Shown: positions 51,605 through 60,962 of the stretch, piece after piece
How the letters are laid out: each line of letters begins with the position of its first letter
Position numbering within the stretch: position 1 is the first letter of the stretch
Origin: an uncultured Actinomycetes bacterium
GTDB lineage: Bacteria > Actinomycetota > Actinomycetes > S36-B12 > CAIYMF01
Length of the DNA stretch: 64,000 nucleotides
Reading direction: 5' to 3'
Assembly (NCBI GenBank): GCA_963706885.1
Contig: CAVPNX010000023.1
Span: forward strand, 14,265 to 78,264
Translations under genes and position numbers: made by a program
Notes under the pieces: generated by a model
What the model was told of the DNA's origin: nothing
The model's input: only the letters and a program-made list of their open reading frames with translations
Databases searched by the model: none

Positions 51605-51794
51605 GGTTCCTCCCCAGCCGAGGGTGGCGTGCGGTTCGCCCACCCTATCGACGCTGTGGCCGCCGACGCCGGGTGGGCGGCTCGTCTGCGGGGCGTGGTG
51701 CCCGCCTTGTGGCGGTACCCCGCTGGGTATGCTTGTCCCACCTCCGGGGGGCGCGTGTCAAGGGCCTGATGGCCCGGATCCGGGGGGTCCTGAC

Positions 51795-52472
51795 ATGGCG
51801 CGAGCGGCCACGGTGTTCGATGGGGGCATGCGCCTCGATCATGTCTCGTACGCCGCCCCGGTGGAGCACCTGGCCGACACGGTGCAGCGCATCGGCTCCG
51901 CCCTGGGAGCCACGTTCACCGACGGTGGCCTGCACCCGCGCTTCGGCACCAGGAACTTCATCCTCCCGCTGGCCGGTGGGACATACCTTGAGGTCGTGGG
52001 CGCCCTCGACCACCCGGCCGCCTACAGCGCGCCGTTCGGTCGCGCGGTCCGCGCGCGGGCCGACGAGGGTGGCGGCTGGATGGGCTGGGTCGTGTCGGTG
52101 TCGGACATGTCCAAGGTCGAGGCGCGGCTCGGACGACGGGCCGTCGAGGGCCATCGGGTGCGCCCCGACGGCTACGACCTGCGCTGGCAGCAGATCGGCG
52201 TCCTCGACACGATGACCGATGCGCAGCTGCCGTTCTTCGTCCGGTGGGAGGCCGACGGCGAGCATCACCCCTCCGCGGGGGGCCGGGACGTGCGGATCGC
52301 GCAGCTGGACATCGCCGGATCACCGGAGCGGGTGTCCGAGTGGCTGGGTGAGCCGTCCACGCACCCCCTCGACGAGGTCGACGTCGTGTGGCTCGATGAG
52401 GACGACCCCGCCGGCCCCGGCCTGGTCGCGGTGACCCTCCTCACCCCCCGCGGCGTGGTCCGCATCGACTGA
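51795..52472 (+). CDS. VOC-family (glyoxalase-like domain) protein
   Basis: ATG at codon 98 of ORF 51504-52472 (alternative ATG 51828, MRLDHVSY). ...LHPRFGTRNFILPLAGGTYLEVV...PFFVRWE... is typical of Glyoxalase-like_3 proteins. Confidence 0.7.
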   Translation: MARAATVFDGGMRLDHVSYAAPVEHLADTVQRIGSALGATFTDGGLHPRFGTRNFILPLAGGTYLEVVGALDHPAAYSAPFGRAVRARADEGGGWMGWVVSVSDMSKVEARLGRRAVEGHRVRPDGYDLRWQQIGVLDTMTDAQLPFFVRWEADGEHHPSAGGRDVRIAQLDIAGSPERVSEWLGEPSTHPLDEVDVVWLDEDDPAGPGLVAVTLLTPRGVVRID

Positions 52473-52473
52473 C

Positions 52474-52580
52474 CCCACGCGCCCGCGGCGCCGCCCCCAC
52501 GCGCCCGCGGCGCCCCACCCACGCGTGCGCGGCGCCCGGCCCCGCGCCCCCGCAGCCCCGGCCCCGCGCCCCCGCAGCCC
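52474..52580 (+). repeat. C-rich tandem repeats (3 x about 21 bp CCCACGCGCCCGCGGCGCC-like, 2 x about 21 bp CGGCCCCGCGCCCCCGCAGCC)
   Basis: Read directly, immediately after the VOC stop. Includes the 27-mer 52511-52537 that is repeated exactly at 54381-54407. Confidence 0.7.
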
Positions 52581-52635
52581 CATGCCCGCCACCCTCCGCG
52601 CTGACCCCCGCCTTCCACACGCCTCACCCTGATCC

Positions 52636-52710
52636 CGTCGGGTTCGAGATGATCACGTTCGTCGAGATCGGACGTCATCGGGCGATCCACCCAGCAGACC
52701 CGACGTGATC
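52636..52710 (+). repeat. 75-bp direct repeat, left copy (partner 54419-54493)
   Basis: Hand alignment gives 67/75 identical: CGTCGGGTTCGAGATGATCACGTTCGTCGAGATC...GATCCACCCAGCAGACCCGACGTGATC. Confidence 0.75.
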
Positions 52711-53017
52711 CGCATCGATTGACTCGCCAACCTCGCGGGCGTTCCCGTCGATCCCGGCGCTTCCTGGCTGCCGCGCGGCGCTGTTCCGACAACCTCGCGC
52801 TCGATCCCGTGGATCCCTGCGATTCGCTCAGGGGTCTTTCGACGCGAGCGGGGGCGAGGTCCGCTTCCGAGCGGCGGCGCGGTGCGCCTTTCGACGCCAA
52901 CTGCTGCGAGGTTGCCATCCCATCGGCTGCGGTCAGGTCCACCCGGCCGCGCGGTCTGTCCACAGGATGGTCCAGACGGGCTTCCCAGGATCAGGTACCG
53001 ACGCAACGGTGGGGTCC

Positions 53018-54006
53018 ATGCCGCGAGTCATCAAGTGGGATCCTCCCCGTACGCCGTTCACCCTCGCCCAGGTGGCCCCACTGGGAGTCACCCCGGCCGC
53101 GCTGCGAACAGCAGTCCGAACCGGTCGGGTGGTCCCGTTGGTTCGCGGGGTCCACATCAGCGCCGAGGCCTCCCCGAGGACGAGGCCGGACTGCACCTCA
53201 TGCGCGCCCTGGCCCGACAGGTGCTGCGCCCCAATGCCATCGCCAGCCACCACACCGCCGCCCTCGCCTGGGGGTTGCCCCTCGACGATCCGGCCGCCGC
53301 AGCGCGCATGCCCGCAGCCTTCATCGCGCCGGGCCGGCCCGGGGCCAGGTCCGGGAGCGGACCGGATTGCGCCGTGGCGCTTCGTCGGCTTCCGGCTGAG
53401 CATCGCGTCGCGCATCCCAGTGGACTTCTGGTCACCTCACAGGCACGCACTGCGGTGGATGTCGCCGCCGATCACGGGCTGCCTGAGGCCCTCATCACCC
53501 TCGATGCCGTGGCTCGTCGATCCCTCCTCACCGCAGTGGGCGATCGCCGTGTGCGTGACCACTACGTGCGCCCGCACAGCCTGGCAGCCGCGTGCAAGCC
53601 GCTGAGCGATGCGGCGGTCACTGCTGCCACCCAGTTCACGCGCGCTCGGCTGGACGCGTACCTGAGGTATGTCGACCCCCGGCGCGAGTCCCCGCTCGAG
53701 TCGTTCAGCTTCGGCCAGATGGTGCTGTACGGGCTTCCCCTGCCGAGGCTCCAGGTCAGGATCCGCACGCCCGAGGGCGACATGTTCCCGGACTGCCTCT
53801 GGGAGGAGGCAATGGTGATCGGGGAGGCCGACGGGATGGAGAAGTACCGGACCCCGGAGGACCTGAGGGCCGAGAAGTGGCGCCAGGAGGTCTTCGAGCA
53901 GATGGGGTATCGGGTTGTGCGCTGGGGCGACCGGGATATCCGCCGCAGGACGGCCGAGGTGATGGCCAGGCTGCATGCGGCGATCGACTCCGGCAGTCTG
54001 GGCTGA
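53018..54006 (+). pseudogene. AbiEi-like N-terminus / DUF559 (Vsr-like endonuclease fold) protein, frame broken near 53172-53178
   Basis: MPRVIKWDPPRTPFTLAQVAPLGVTPAALRTAVRTGRVVPLVRGVHISAEASP (frame of ORF 52967) continues as EDEAGLHLMRALARQVL...ESPLESFSFGQMVLYGLPLPRLQV...VIGEADGMEKY...VVRWGDRDI (ORF 52882-54006). Confidence 0.7.
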
Positions 54007-54342
54007 CGTCCAATCCCCCGGGTGTGCCGCGGGGAGGGCGGGCGCGGTACCTCGTGAACTCCTCAGCAGACCTTGCGCTCGTTCCCGTCGCAACGGACGT
54101 CGCCCCCGTCGGTCTGCAGGGGGAGCGGACAACCTCGCGCCTGATCGCGTCGATCCCGGGAAGGCGGGGCCGGGCCTTTCCACGCAACCGGCAGCGAGGT
54201 TGGGGGTTGTTGAGGTGCAGGGGTCAGTATTCGACGGAATCGGGCGCAAGGATCAGCTCCGGCAGTCCGCCGGTGCTCGAGGGCTGCGCGGGCGGTGCGG
54301 GCGCCGCTCAGGTGATCCCCCTCGGGGCGTGGGCTGGGGCGG

Positions 54343-54382
54343 GGCCGGGTGCGGGTGCGGCGGGCCGGGTGCGGGTGCGGCG
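54343..54382. repeat. 20-bp tandem repeat x2, GGCCGGGTGCGGGTGCGGCG
   Basis: Copies at 54343-54362 and 54363-54382. C-rich on the dapC transcript strand. Confidence 0.6.
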
Positions 54383-54493
54383 CCCCACCCACGCGTGCGC
54401 GGCGCCCCACCCGGATCGCGTCGGGTTCGAGGTGATCGCGTTCGTCGAGATCCGACGCGATCCGGGGATCCACCCAGCAGACCCGACGCGATC
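54381..54493 (+). repeat. Right copies of the 27-bp (54381-54407) and 75-bp (54419-54493) direct repeats
   Basis: 27/27 identical to 52511-52537 and 67/75 identical to 52636-52710, same orientation. They bracket the DUF559 gene. Confidence 0.75.
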
Positions 54494-54503
54494 GCCGGCG
54501 GGG

Positions 54504-55584
54504 TCAGGGCGTGAGGCGGGCGGCCGCTGCGGTGATTCGCTCGTCGGTGGCGGTCAGGGCTACTCGGACGTGGTGGGCGCCGGCGCGGCCGTAGAACTCG
54601 CCGGGGGCGACGAGGATCCCCCGGTCGGCCAACCACGCCACGGTGTCCCAGCACGGCTCCCCGCGGGTGGCCCACAGGTAGAGCCCGGCGGCGGACTCGT
54701 CGATCCGGAAGCCGGCCTCGGTCAGGGCGGCGATCAGGATCTCGCGTCGTGAGCCGGTACACCGCACGCTGGGCGACCACGTGCGCGTCGTCGCCGAGCG
54801 CGGCGATCGCGGCGGCCTGCACCGGACCGGGGACCATCATCCCGGCGTGCTTGCGCACCTCCAGCAGGGCGGCGATGACCGTCGGGTCGCCGGCGGCGAA
54901 CCCGAAGCGGTAGCCCGCCAGGTTCGACCGCTTCGACAGCGAGTGCAGGGCGATCACGCCGGTCGGGTCGCCGCCGCAGACGTCCGGGTGCAGCACGGAG
55001 ACGGGCTGCTCGGTCCAGCCCAGCTCGTAGTAGCACTCGTCGGAGACGACCAGGACCCCACGTTCGCGGGCCCAGGCGACGACCTTGGCCATGTGGTCCA
55101 CCGGAAGGACCTTGCCGGTGGGGTTGCTCGGCGAGTTCAGCCACAGCAGCGAGACCCGCGCCGGGCCGATGGCCGTCAGGGAGTCGGCGACCAGGACCTG
55201 CGCGCCGGCGAGCCGGGCGCCCACGTCGTAGGTGGGGTAGGCCAGTTCGGGGATCACAACCCGGTCGGTGGGACCGAGACCCAGGAGCGTGGGCAACCAG
55301 GCCACGAACTCCTTCGTCCCGATCGTGGGCAGCACGTCGGTGCCGGCCGGGGCGCCCAGACGCCGCGCGACCCACGCGAGGATGGCCTCGCGGGTGGCCG
55401 GTGCGCCCGTGGTGAGCGGGTACCCCGGGGAGTTCGCGGCGGCCGCCAGAGCCTCAGCGATGACCGGAGGGGTCGGATCGACCGGGGTGCCGATGGACAG
55501 GTCGATGATCCCACCGGGGTGGGCGGCCGCCCGTTCCTTGAACGGGGTGAGCCGATCCCAGGGGAAGTCGGGGAGTGTTCTCAG
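54504..55584 (-). pseudogene. dapC: N-succinyldiaminopimelate aminotransferase (class I aminotransferase), frame broken near 54748-54753; start codon unclear
   Basis: Upstream frame reads ...LPDFPWDRLTPFKERAAAHPGGIIDLSIGTPVDP...SLSKRSNLAGYRFGF...AVYRL. Downstream frame (ORF 54504-54767) reads RREILIAALTEAGFRIDES.... Lies directly after the ferredoxin gene. Confidence 0.8.
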
Positions 55585-55907
55585 TGGTCGTGCTCCTGGG
55601 GCGGCAGCGCCTTGACCAGGGGAACGTCATTGGCGATCAGGCCGAGCTTGGCCGCACCGCCGGGGGAGCCCAGCTCGGTGAAGAAGTCGGCGTTGGCCGC
55701 GGTGTAGTCGGTCCACTCAGCCGGTACGTCGTCCTCGTAGTAGATCGCCTCGACCGGGCAGACCGGCTCGCACGCCCCGCAGTCCACGCACTCGTCGGGA
55801 TGGATGTAGAGCATCCGCTCGCCCTCGTAGATGCAGTCGACGGGACACTCCTCGATGCAGGCCTTGTCCTTGAGGTCGACGCAGGGAAGTGCGATCACGT
55901 AGGTCAT
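55581..55907 (-). CDS. fdxA: 7Fe ferredoxin (3Fe-4S + 4Fe-4S)
   Basis: Starts MTYVIALPCVDLKDKACIEECPVDCIY (codon 6 of ORF 55581-55922), 108 aa. Second cluster motif CVDCGACEPVCP. Confidence 0.9.
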   Translation of the reverse strand: MTYVIALPCVDLKDKACIEECPVDCIYEGERMLYIHPDECVDCGACEPVCPVEAIYYEDDVPAEWTDYTAANADFFTELGSPGGAAKLGLIANDVPLVKALPPQEHDH

Positions 55908-56012
55908 GGGGTGCCTCTCCAATCTCGTCTCCGGCGATCCCGATCCTAGTGGTGGGACGGCCGATCGGTCCTGTCGCGTGGCCGGGGCTCGTGTCGGGGC
56001 TGGCCCGGCGGC

Positions 56013-57734
56013 TCAGGGCTGGGGGCCGCAGACCACGTTCGGGGTCGGCTTGTAGGTCGTGGGCCAGGTCTCGGTGCTCTGCGACTTGCCGTCGTTGATC
56101 CGCCGGCGGGTGACCGCGATCGAGAACCCGCGGGACCCGGTGGACGGCACGCACCGCTCCCCGTCGTCGTAGATGGTCTCGAAGTCGGTGAAGTTGCGCC
56201 GCTCGGTGAAGGTGGCGGTGACGTCCTCCCACTTCTTCGTGCCCCACATCTCGATCAGCACCCCATCGGAGAACCGCTCGGCGGTGATCAGCACGCCGTT
56301 GCCCGTCTCGTTGCGCATCCTCAGGTCGAGCAGGCCCCACGCCACGGTGGCCTCCAGCCCGGCCGTGTAGCGCGGGATGTACAGGCCGTGCGCGTGCTGC
56401 TCGACGCGCTCGAGGCCGGCGTAGAACCCGGCCGTCCACGTGGCGGTCGTGATGATCGAGACCCCGCCGCCGAGCTCCTCGCGGAACACGCCGCCGGAGA
56501 TGATGAACCCCTCCGTGTAGCCGTTGGCGCGGGTCCGCTCCTTGATCGTGTCGTTCATGGAGAACGTCTCGCCGGGTTCGAGGATCGTGCCGTTGAGGCG
56601 CCGGGCGGCCTGTCCCACGTTGATGTAGCGGTACTCGGCGGGCACGAAGTTCTGCCGGAAGCTCGACAGCTTCTCGGTGATGTTCAGGGCCTTTGCATCG
56701 GCGGTGGTGAGGTCCGGTTCCGAGACCTGCAGCGCGACAGTCGCCTTCCGGTCCTCCGCGGCCGTCTCGGGCAGGACGGCGAACACGGCCGTGCCGAGCT
56801 CCTCGGCGTCCACCGACTTGCCGGTGCGCGACGGCACCACCACGGGCTTGCCGCCGCGGATCACGACCGACGCATCCCGGCCGTCGACCTCGATCCCGGC
56901 CAGCTCGTCGGCGAGGCGTTCGTAGAGCTCCTCCTCGTCGAGGGTGGCGGCCATGGTCGAGCCCTCGGGCGCGAACGTGAGGGTCCGGGCGATGTCCTGC
57001 ACCGGGATCTCGGTGCCCTGCTCGCCGACGGCCAGTGCGACCGGCAGCGCCACGGCCGGCTGCGCGAGCTCGGTGAAGACCCGCTGCGCCTCCTCGTTGG
57101 ACACCTGCGTGGGGACCGGGGTCATCGGCAGGTCCAGGGTGCCGGCGTCGGGCTGGAAGTAGGCCGCGGAGACCACGTCGGCGGCGGCGGGGACATCCAG
57201 GAGGGCCCCTTGGACGGCTTCCCGGTACGTGGCCTCGGCGGCCTTGGAGTAGCGGATCCGCGGTTCGACCGGCTCCACCGCGGCGTCCTCGGCCAGGGAC
57301 TCCAGCGAGGCTGTGAGGGCCTCGTCGTCGGTGGTCGTGATCGGTTCGAGCTCGACCTCGCCGCGCAGGTGGGCCAGCAGCTCGGACGGGCGCAGGATGA
57401 GTCCGGAGGCCTGCGACGCCGTGGCCTCCCAGTCGACCGCGAGACCGACCTCAGCCGGGTCCAGCTCCGTGGACTGCTCGCCCGCCGTGACGGGGATGGG
57501 GGCCGCGGCCTCGTCGCCGAGCTCCTCCTCCAGCGTGGTGGCTGCCTCCTGCGTGGTCATCCCCCCGATGTCGACGCCCCGCACGGACGTGCCGGTCGGC
57601 ACGTCACCTGAGACGGCGGCGACGGCCGCTGCGTACCCGACGACCAGCACCAGCGCCCCCGCACCGAGCGCGACCGCCACCCAGCGGCTCCGGTGGCGCG
57701 CCGGTTCGGTCGGGCTGTCGGGGGGGAGGGTCAC
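56013..57734 (-). CDS. VanW-family protein (N-terminal TM anchor)
   Basis: ORF track, 573 aa. C-terminal VanW core ...GETFSMNDTI...NGYTEGFIISGG...GGGVSIITTATW.... Confidence 0.85.
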   Translation of the reverse strand: MTLPPDSPTEPARHRSRWVAVALGAGALVLVVGYAAAVAAVSGDVPTGTSVRGVDIGGMTTQEAATTLEEELGDEAAAPIPVTAGEQSTELDPAEVGLAVDWEATASQASGLILRPSELLAHLRGEVELEPITTTDDEALTASLESLAEDAAVEPVEPRIRYSKAAEATYREAVQGALLDVPAAADVVSAAYFQPDAGTLDLPMTPVPTQVSNEEAQRVFTELAQPAVALPVALAVGEQGTEIPVQDIARTLTFAPEGSTMAATLDEEELYERLADELAGIEVDGRDASVVIRGGKPVVVPSRTGKSVDAEELGTAVFAVLPETAAEDRKATVALQVSEPDLTTADAKALNITEKLSSFRQNFVPAEYRYINVGQAARRLNGTILEPGETFSMNDTIKERTRANGYTEGFIISGGVFREELGGGVSIITTATWTAGFYAGLERVEQHAHGLYIPRYTAGLEATVAWGLLDLRMRNETGNGVLITAERFSDGVLIEMWGTKKWEDVTATFTERRNFTDFETIYDDGERCVPSTGSRGFSIAVTRRRINDGKSQSTETWPTTYKPTPNVVCGPQP

Positions 57735-57770
57735 GCGGACAATGGTAGGTCGATATGGGAGCGCCGGCGG

Positions 57771-58259
57771 TCAGGCCAGCCCGTGGAAGGACGAGGCGAA
57801 GTAGACCAGCGGCCGGGCGCCCTCCGCGGGGTCGTGGACCGCGGTGACCGCGCCGATCAGGACGTCGTGGTCGCCGGCGGGGACCACCTGCTCGGTGCGC
57901 AGCTCGAGGGCGGCGACGTGGTCGGTGAGCAGCAGGCAGCCGTTGGCCGCCCGCTCGGTGGCCACCGTGTCGAACTGGCCGGCCAGGGGCCGTCCGCGGG
58001 TGGCGAACCACCGTGCGGTGGCCTCCCGCCCCTCGGGCAGGAACGACACCGCCCACGAGTCGGCGGCCATCACCGCGGCATGGAACCGCGTCTCCCGCTC
58101 GACGCACACGAGCGCCAGCAGCGGGTCCAGGGAGACGGAGGTGAACGAGTTGGCCGTCATCGCGTGGTCCACCCCGTCGACCCGGGTCGTGACCACGGCG
58201 ATGCCCGTCGTGTACCGGGCAGCCGCACGCCGGTACTGCGCGACGGTCGGCTCAGGCAT
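57771..58259 (-). CDS. Flavin reductase-like (NADH:FMN oxidoreductase, RutF/HpaC-type) protein
   Basis: ORF track, 162 aa. ...YTTGIAVVTT...MTANSFTSVSLDPLLALVCV.... Confidence 0.85.
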   Translation of the reverse strand: MPEPTVAQYRRAAARYTTGIAVVTTRVDGVDHAMTANSFTSVSLDPLLALVCVERETRFHAAVMAADSWAVSFLPEGREATARWFATRGRPLAGQFDTVATERAANGCLLLTDHVAALELRTEQVVPAGDHDVLIGAVTAVHDPAEGARPLVYFASSFHGLA

Positions 58260-58656
58260 CGGCCGCTTCGGCGTCTGCCCGGGCGTTGTCGGGCAGGTCC
58301 GGGGTGTCGTCGGCCGGGAGCAGCGGGTAGCCGCAGGCGGCGGCGAGGAGCATCGTCCCGCCGATGAGGTAGCCCATCTGCCGGGTGCCGCTGTTGAGGA
58401 TCAGGTCACCGGCGGCGGTCTCCGAGCCCATCATCAGGGTCGCGGCCAGCCACCCGATGGAGAACGTGATGGCCCCCAGCCGGGAGCCCTGCCACCAGGC
58501 ACCCGCCCGCGCGACCAGCACGGTGGTGACCAGCACGAGGACCGCGCCGGTGGGCAGCTGGACGGATCCGACGGTGACCGTGTGGGTCTGGATCAGGGCG
58601 CCGGCGAACCCGAGGAACAACCCGAGGACGAGCAGGGCAGCGGCACGCACGGGCAC
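58252..58656 (-). CDS. Small integral membrane protein (4 TM), function unknown
   Basis: ORF track, 134 aa, hydrophobic. 8-nt overlap with the flavin reductase gene. Confidence 0.55.
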   Translation of the reverse strand: MPVRAAALLVLGLFLGFAGALIQTHTVTVGSVQLPTGAVLVLVTTVLVARAGAWWQGSRLGAITFSIGWLAATLMMGSETAAGDLILNSGTRQMGYLIGGTMLLAAACGYPLLPADDTPDLPDNARADAEAADA

Positions 58657-58686
58657 AGCCTACGTCCGCCCCCGGCGTGGTGCGCC

Positions 58687-59628
58687 TCAGTCGTTGGCGT
58701 GCAGGTGCTCGGCCAGGCCGCCCCAGTGCCCGGTGCGCGGCGTTGCCTCCAGCGCGCCGGTGATCGAGTTCCGCCGGAACAGCAGGTCGGCCACGCCGGA
58801 GAGCTCACGACCCTTGACGACCTCGCCGTCGGGCAGGCGCACCTTCGACCCGGCCGTGACGTAGCAGCCGGCCTCGACGACCGAGCGGTCGCCCAGGGAG
58901 ATCCCGATGCCGCCGTTGGCGCCGATCAGCGCACCCTCGCCGATGGTGACCTGCTGCGTGCCGCCACCGGACAGGGTGCCCATGATCGAGGCACCGCCGC
59001 CGATGTCGGAGCCGGCGCCGACCACCACACCCGCCGAGATCCGGCCCTCCACCATGGAGGGCCCCAGGGTGCCGGCGTTGAAGTTGCAGAAGCCCTCGTG
59101 CATGACCGTGGTGCCCTCCGCGAGGTGCGCCCCGAGCCGGACCCGGTCCGCATCGGCGATCCGCACACCCGAGGGCACGACGTAGTCGACCATCCGCGGG
59201 AACTTGTCCACGCTGAGCACGGTCAGCGGTTCGCCGGCGACGCGGGCGCGCATGCGCACCTCGGTGAGCGACTCGATGGCCACCGGGCCCAGCGACGTCC
59301 AGGCGACGTTGGGCAGCACCGCGAAGATGCCGTCGAGATTGATCGTCCGCGGGGCGACCAGGCGGTGGGAGAGCAGGTGCAGGCGCAGGTAGGCGTCGGC
59401 GACATCGGCCGGCGGCGCGGACAGGTCGGCGATCGTGGTGCTGACCACGCGGGTGACCACGCCGCGGATCGGGTCCTCGCCGCACGCGTCCTGCAGGTGG
59501 GCCACGGCAGCCGGTTGCGCGGACAGCGCGGGAGCCGGGTACCAGACGTCGAGGATCGGCGAGTCGGGGGCGGTCCCGGCGAAGGTGGCGATCCCGAGGC
59601 CGGACGCGGGCGAGGTGAGCAGCTCCAT
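58687..59628 (-). CDS. dapD: Tetrahydrodipicolinate N-succinyltransferase (actinobacterial type)
   Basis: Last 313 codons of ORF 58687-60879, starting [12 protein letters not shown]. Hexapeptide-repeat region ...[24 protein letters not shown]...[13 protein letters not shown].... Confidence 0.9.
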   Translation of the reverse strand: MELLTSPASGLGIATFAGTAPDSPILDVWYPAPALSAQPAAVAHLQDACGEDPIRGVVTRVVSTTIADLSAPPADVADAYLRLHLLSHRLVAPRTINLDGIFAVLPNVAWTSLGPVAIESLTEVRMRARVAGEPLTVLSVDKFPRMVDYVVPSGVRIADADRVRLGAHLAEGTTVMHEGFCNFNAGTLGPSMVEGRISAGVVVGAGSDIGGGASIMGTLSGGGTQQVTIGEGALIGANGGIGISLGDRSVVEAGCYVTAGSKVRLPDGEVVKGRELSGVADLLFRRNSITGALEATPRTGHWGGLAEHLHAND

Positions 59629-59697
59629 GGGTCGGTAGCGTAGGGCAGCATCCCGACCCCGCATCCGCGCATCCGCATCCACACATCGGAGACCGTC

Positions 59698-60873
59698 ATG
59701 GCCCTGGACCCCGCCGGCGACATCATCACCCTGCTCGGCGACCTCGTGGACATCCCCAGCGAGAGCCGGGACGAGGGTGCGATCGCCGACGCCATCGAGG
59801 CCGCGCTGGCCGGGGCAGCCCACCTGATGGTCGAGCGCGACGGCAACACGATCGTGGCGCGCACCAACGTCGGGCATCCCGATCGGGTGCTGATCTGTGG
59901 GCACATCGACACGGTCCCCGAGGCCGACAACCTGCCGCACCACATCGAGACCGTCGCCGACGAGGAGCGCCTCGTGGGCCTGGGGTCCTGCGACATGAAG
60001 GGTGGGGTGGCCGTCGCCCTGGCGCTGGCGGTGGCGGTGCAGGAGCCCACCCGCGACATCACCTACGTGTTCTACGAGGCCGAGGAGATCGAAGAGCGCT
60101 ACAACGGGCTCAAGCGCCTGGCCGAGACCCGACCGGACCTGCTCACCGGCGACTTCGCGGTGCTGATGGAGCCCTCGGACGCCGGCGTCGAGGCCGGCTG
60201 CCAGGGCACCCTGCGCGCGGACATCCACCTCAGCGGTCGGCGCAGCCACAGCGCCCGGTCGTGGTTGGGGCGAAACGCCATCCATGCGGCGGCCGACGTC
60301 CTGGCGCGCCTGGCCGAGTACCAGCCGTCCCGGGTGGTCATCGACGGGTTGGAGTACCGCGAGGGCCTCAACGCCGTGGGGATCACCGGGGGAGTCGCGG
60401 GCAACGTGATCCCCGACGAGTGCGTCGTCGTCGTGAACTACCGCTTCGCCCCGTCGCTGACCCCCGAGCTGGCGGTGCGCCACATCCAGACGGTCTTCGA
60501 GGGGTTCGACGTGCGTGTGGTGGATGTCGCCGCCGGGGCCCTGCCGGGGTTGTCCCAGCCGGCCGCGAAGGCATTCCTGGAGGTGACCGGCGCCACCCCG
60601 CGCCCGAAGTTCGGATGGACCGACGTGGCCCGCTTCAGCGAGTTGGGGGTCCCCGCGGTGAACTTCGGGCCGGGCGACCCCTCGTTGGCCCACACCCGCG
60701 AGGAGTACGTCCCGACCGGCCAGGTCCGCTCGACGTACGAGGTCATGCGGGCGTGGCTGACCGCACCCGTTCCCGCCGCTGACCCGTGGCAGTCCGGGGC
60801 GGGTGCCGCCGGATCGGGGCGCCGCGGTGGGGATCCGGACACGACACCGCCGCGTGGGGTCTGGTCGAGCTGA
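59698..60873 (+). CDS. dapE: Succinyl-diaminopimelate desuccinylase (M20 family)
   Basis: ORF track, 391 aa. ...LVDIPSES..., GHIDTVP, SCDMKGG. Divergent from dapD. The C-terminal tail overlaps a hairpin. Confidence 0.9.
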   Translation: MALDPAGDIITLLGDLVDIPSESRDEGAIADAIEAALAGAAHLMVERDGNTIVARTNVGHPDRVLICGHIDTVPEADNLPHHIETVADEERLVGLGSCDMKGGVAVALALAVAVQEPTRDITYVFYEAEEIEERYNGLKRLAETRPDLLTGDFAVLMEPSDAGVEAGCQGTLRADIHLSGRRSHSARSWLGRNAIHAAADVLARLAEYQPSRVVIDGLEYREGLNAVGITGGVAGNVIPDECVVVVNYRFAPSLTPELAVRHIQTVFEGFDVRVVDVAAGALPGLSQPAAKAFLEVTGATPRPKFGWTDVARFSELGVPAVNFGPGDPSLAHTREEYVPTGQVRSTYEVMRAWLTAPVPAADPWQSGAGAAGSGRRGGDPDTTPPRGVWSS

Positions 60874-60896
60874 CCCCACGCGGCGGCGTGTCGTGC
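60838..60896. terminator. 24-bp stem hairpin spanning the dapE stop codon
   Basis: GACACGACACCGCCGCGTGGGGTC (60838-60861) / GACCCCACGCGGCGGCGTGTCGTGC (60872-60896), one bulge, 10-nt loop. Lies between convergent dapE and yceI. Confidence 0.55.
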
Positions 60897-60962
60897 GGTC
60901 GTCAGGTGGTGCCCGACGGGGGTCCGGTGTCGGGCGGTCCGGTGCCCGACGGGTGGTCGGCG

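Noticed and set aside
53018-54006. A type IV toxin-antitoxin (AbiEi/AbiEii) or other defence system.
   Set aside because: Only the AbiEi-like N-terminal region fused to DUF559 is present. No AbiEii nucleotidyltransferase or other partner gene is adjacent.
52473-54503. An insertion sequence or prophage remnant.
   Set aside because: There is no transposase, integrase or terminal inverted repeats. The flanks are direct repeats and degenerate tandem modules, so I describe the region only as a repeat-bounded cassette.
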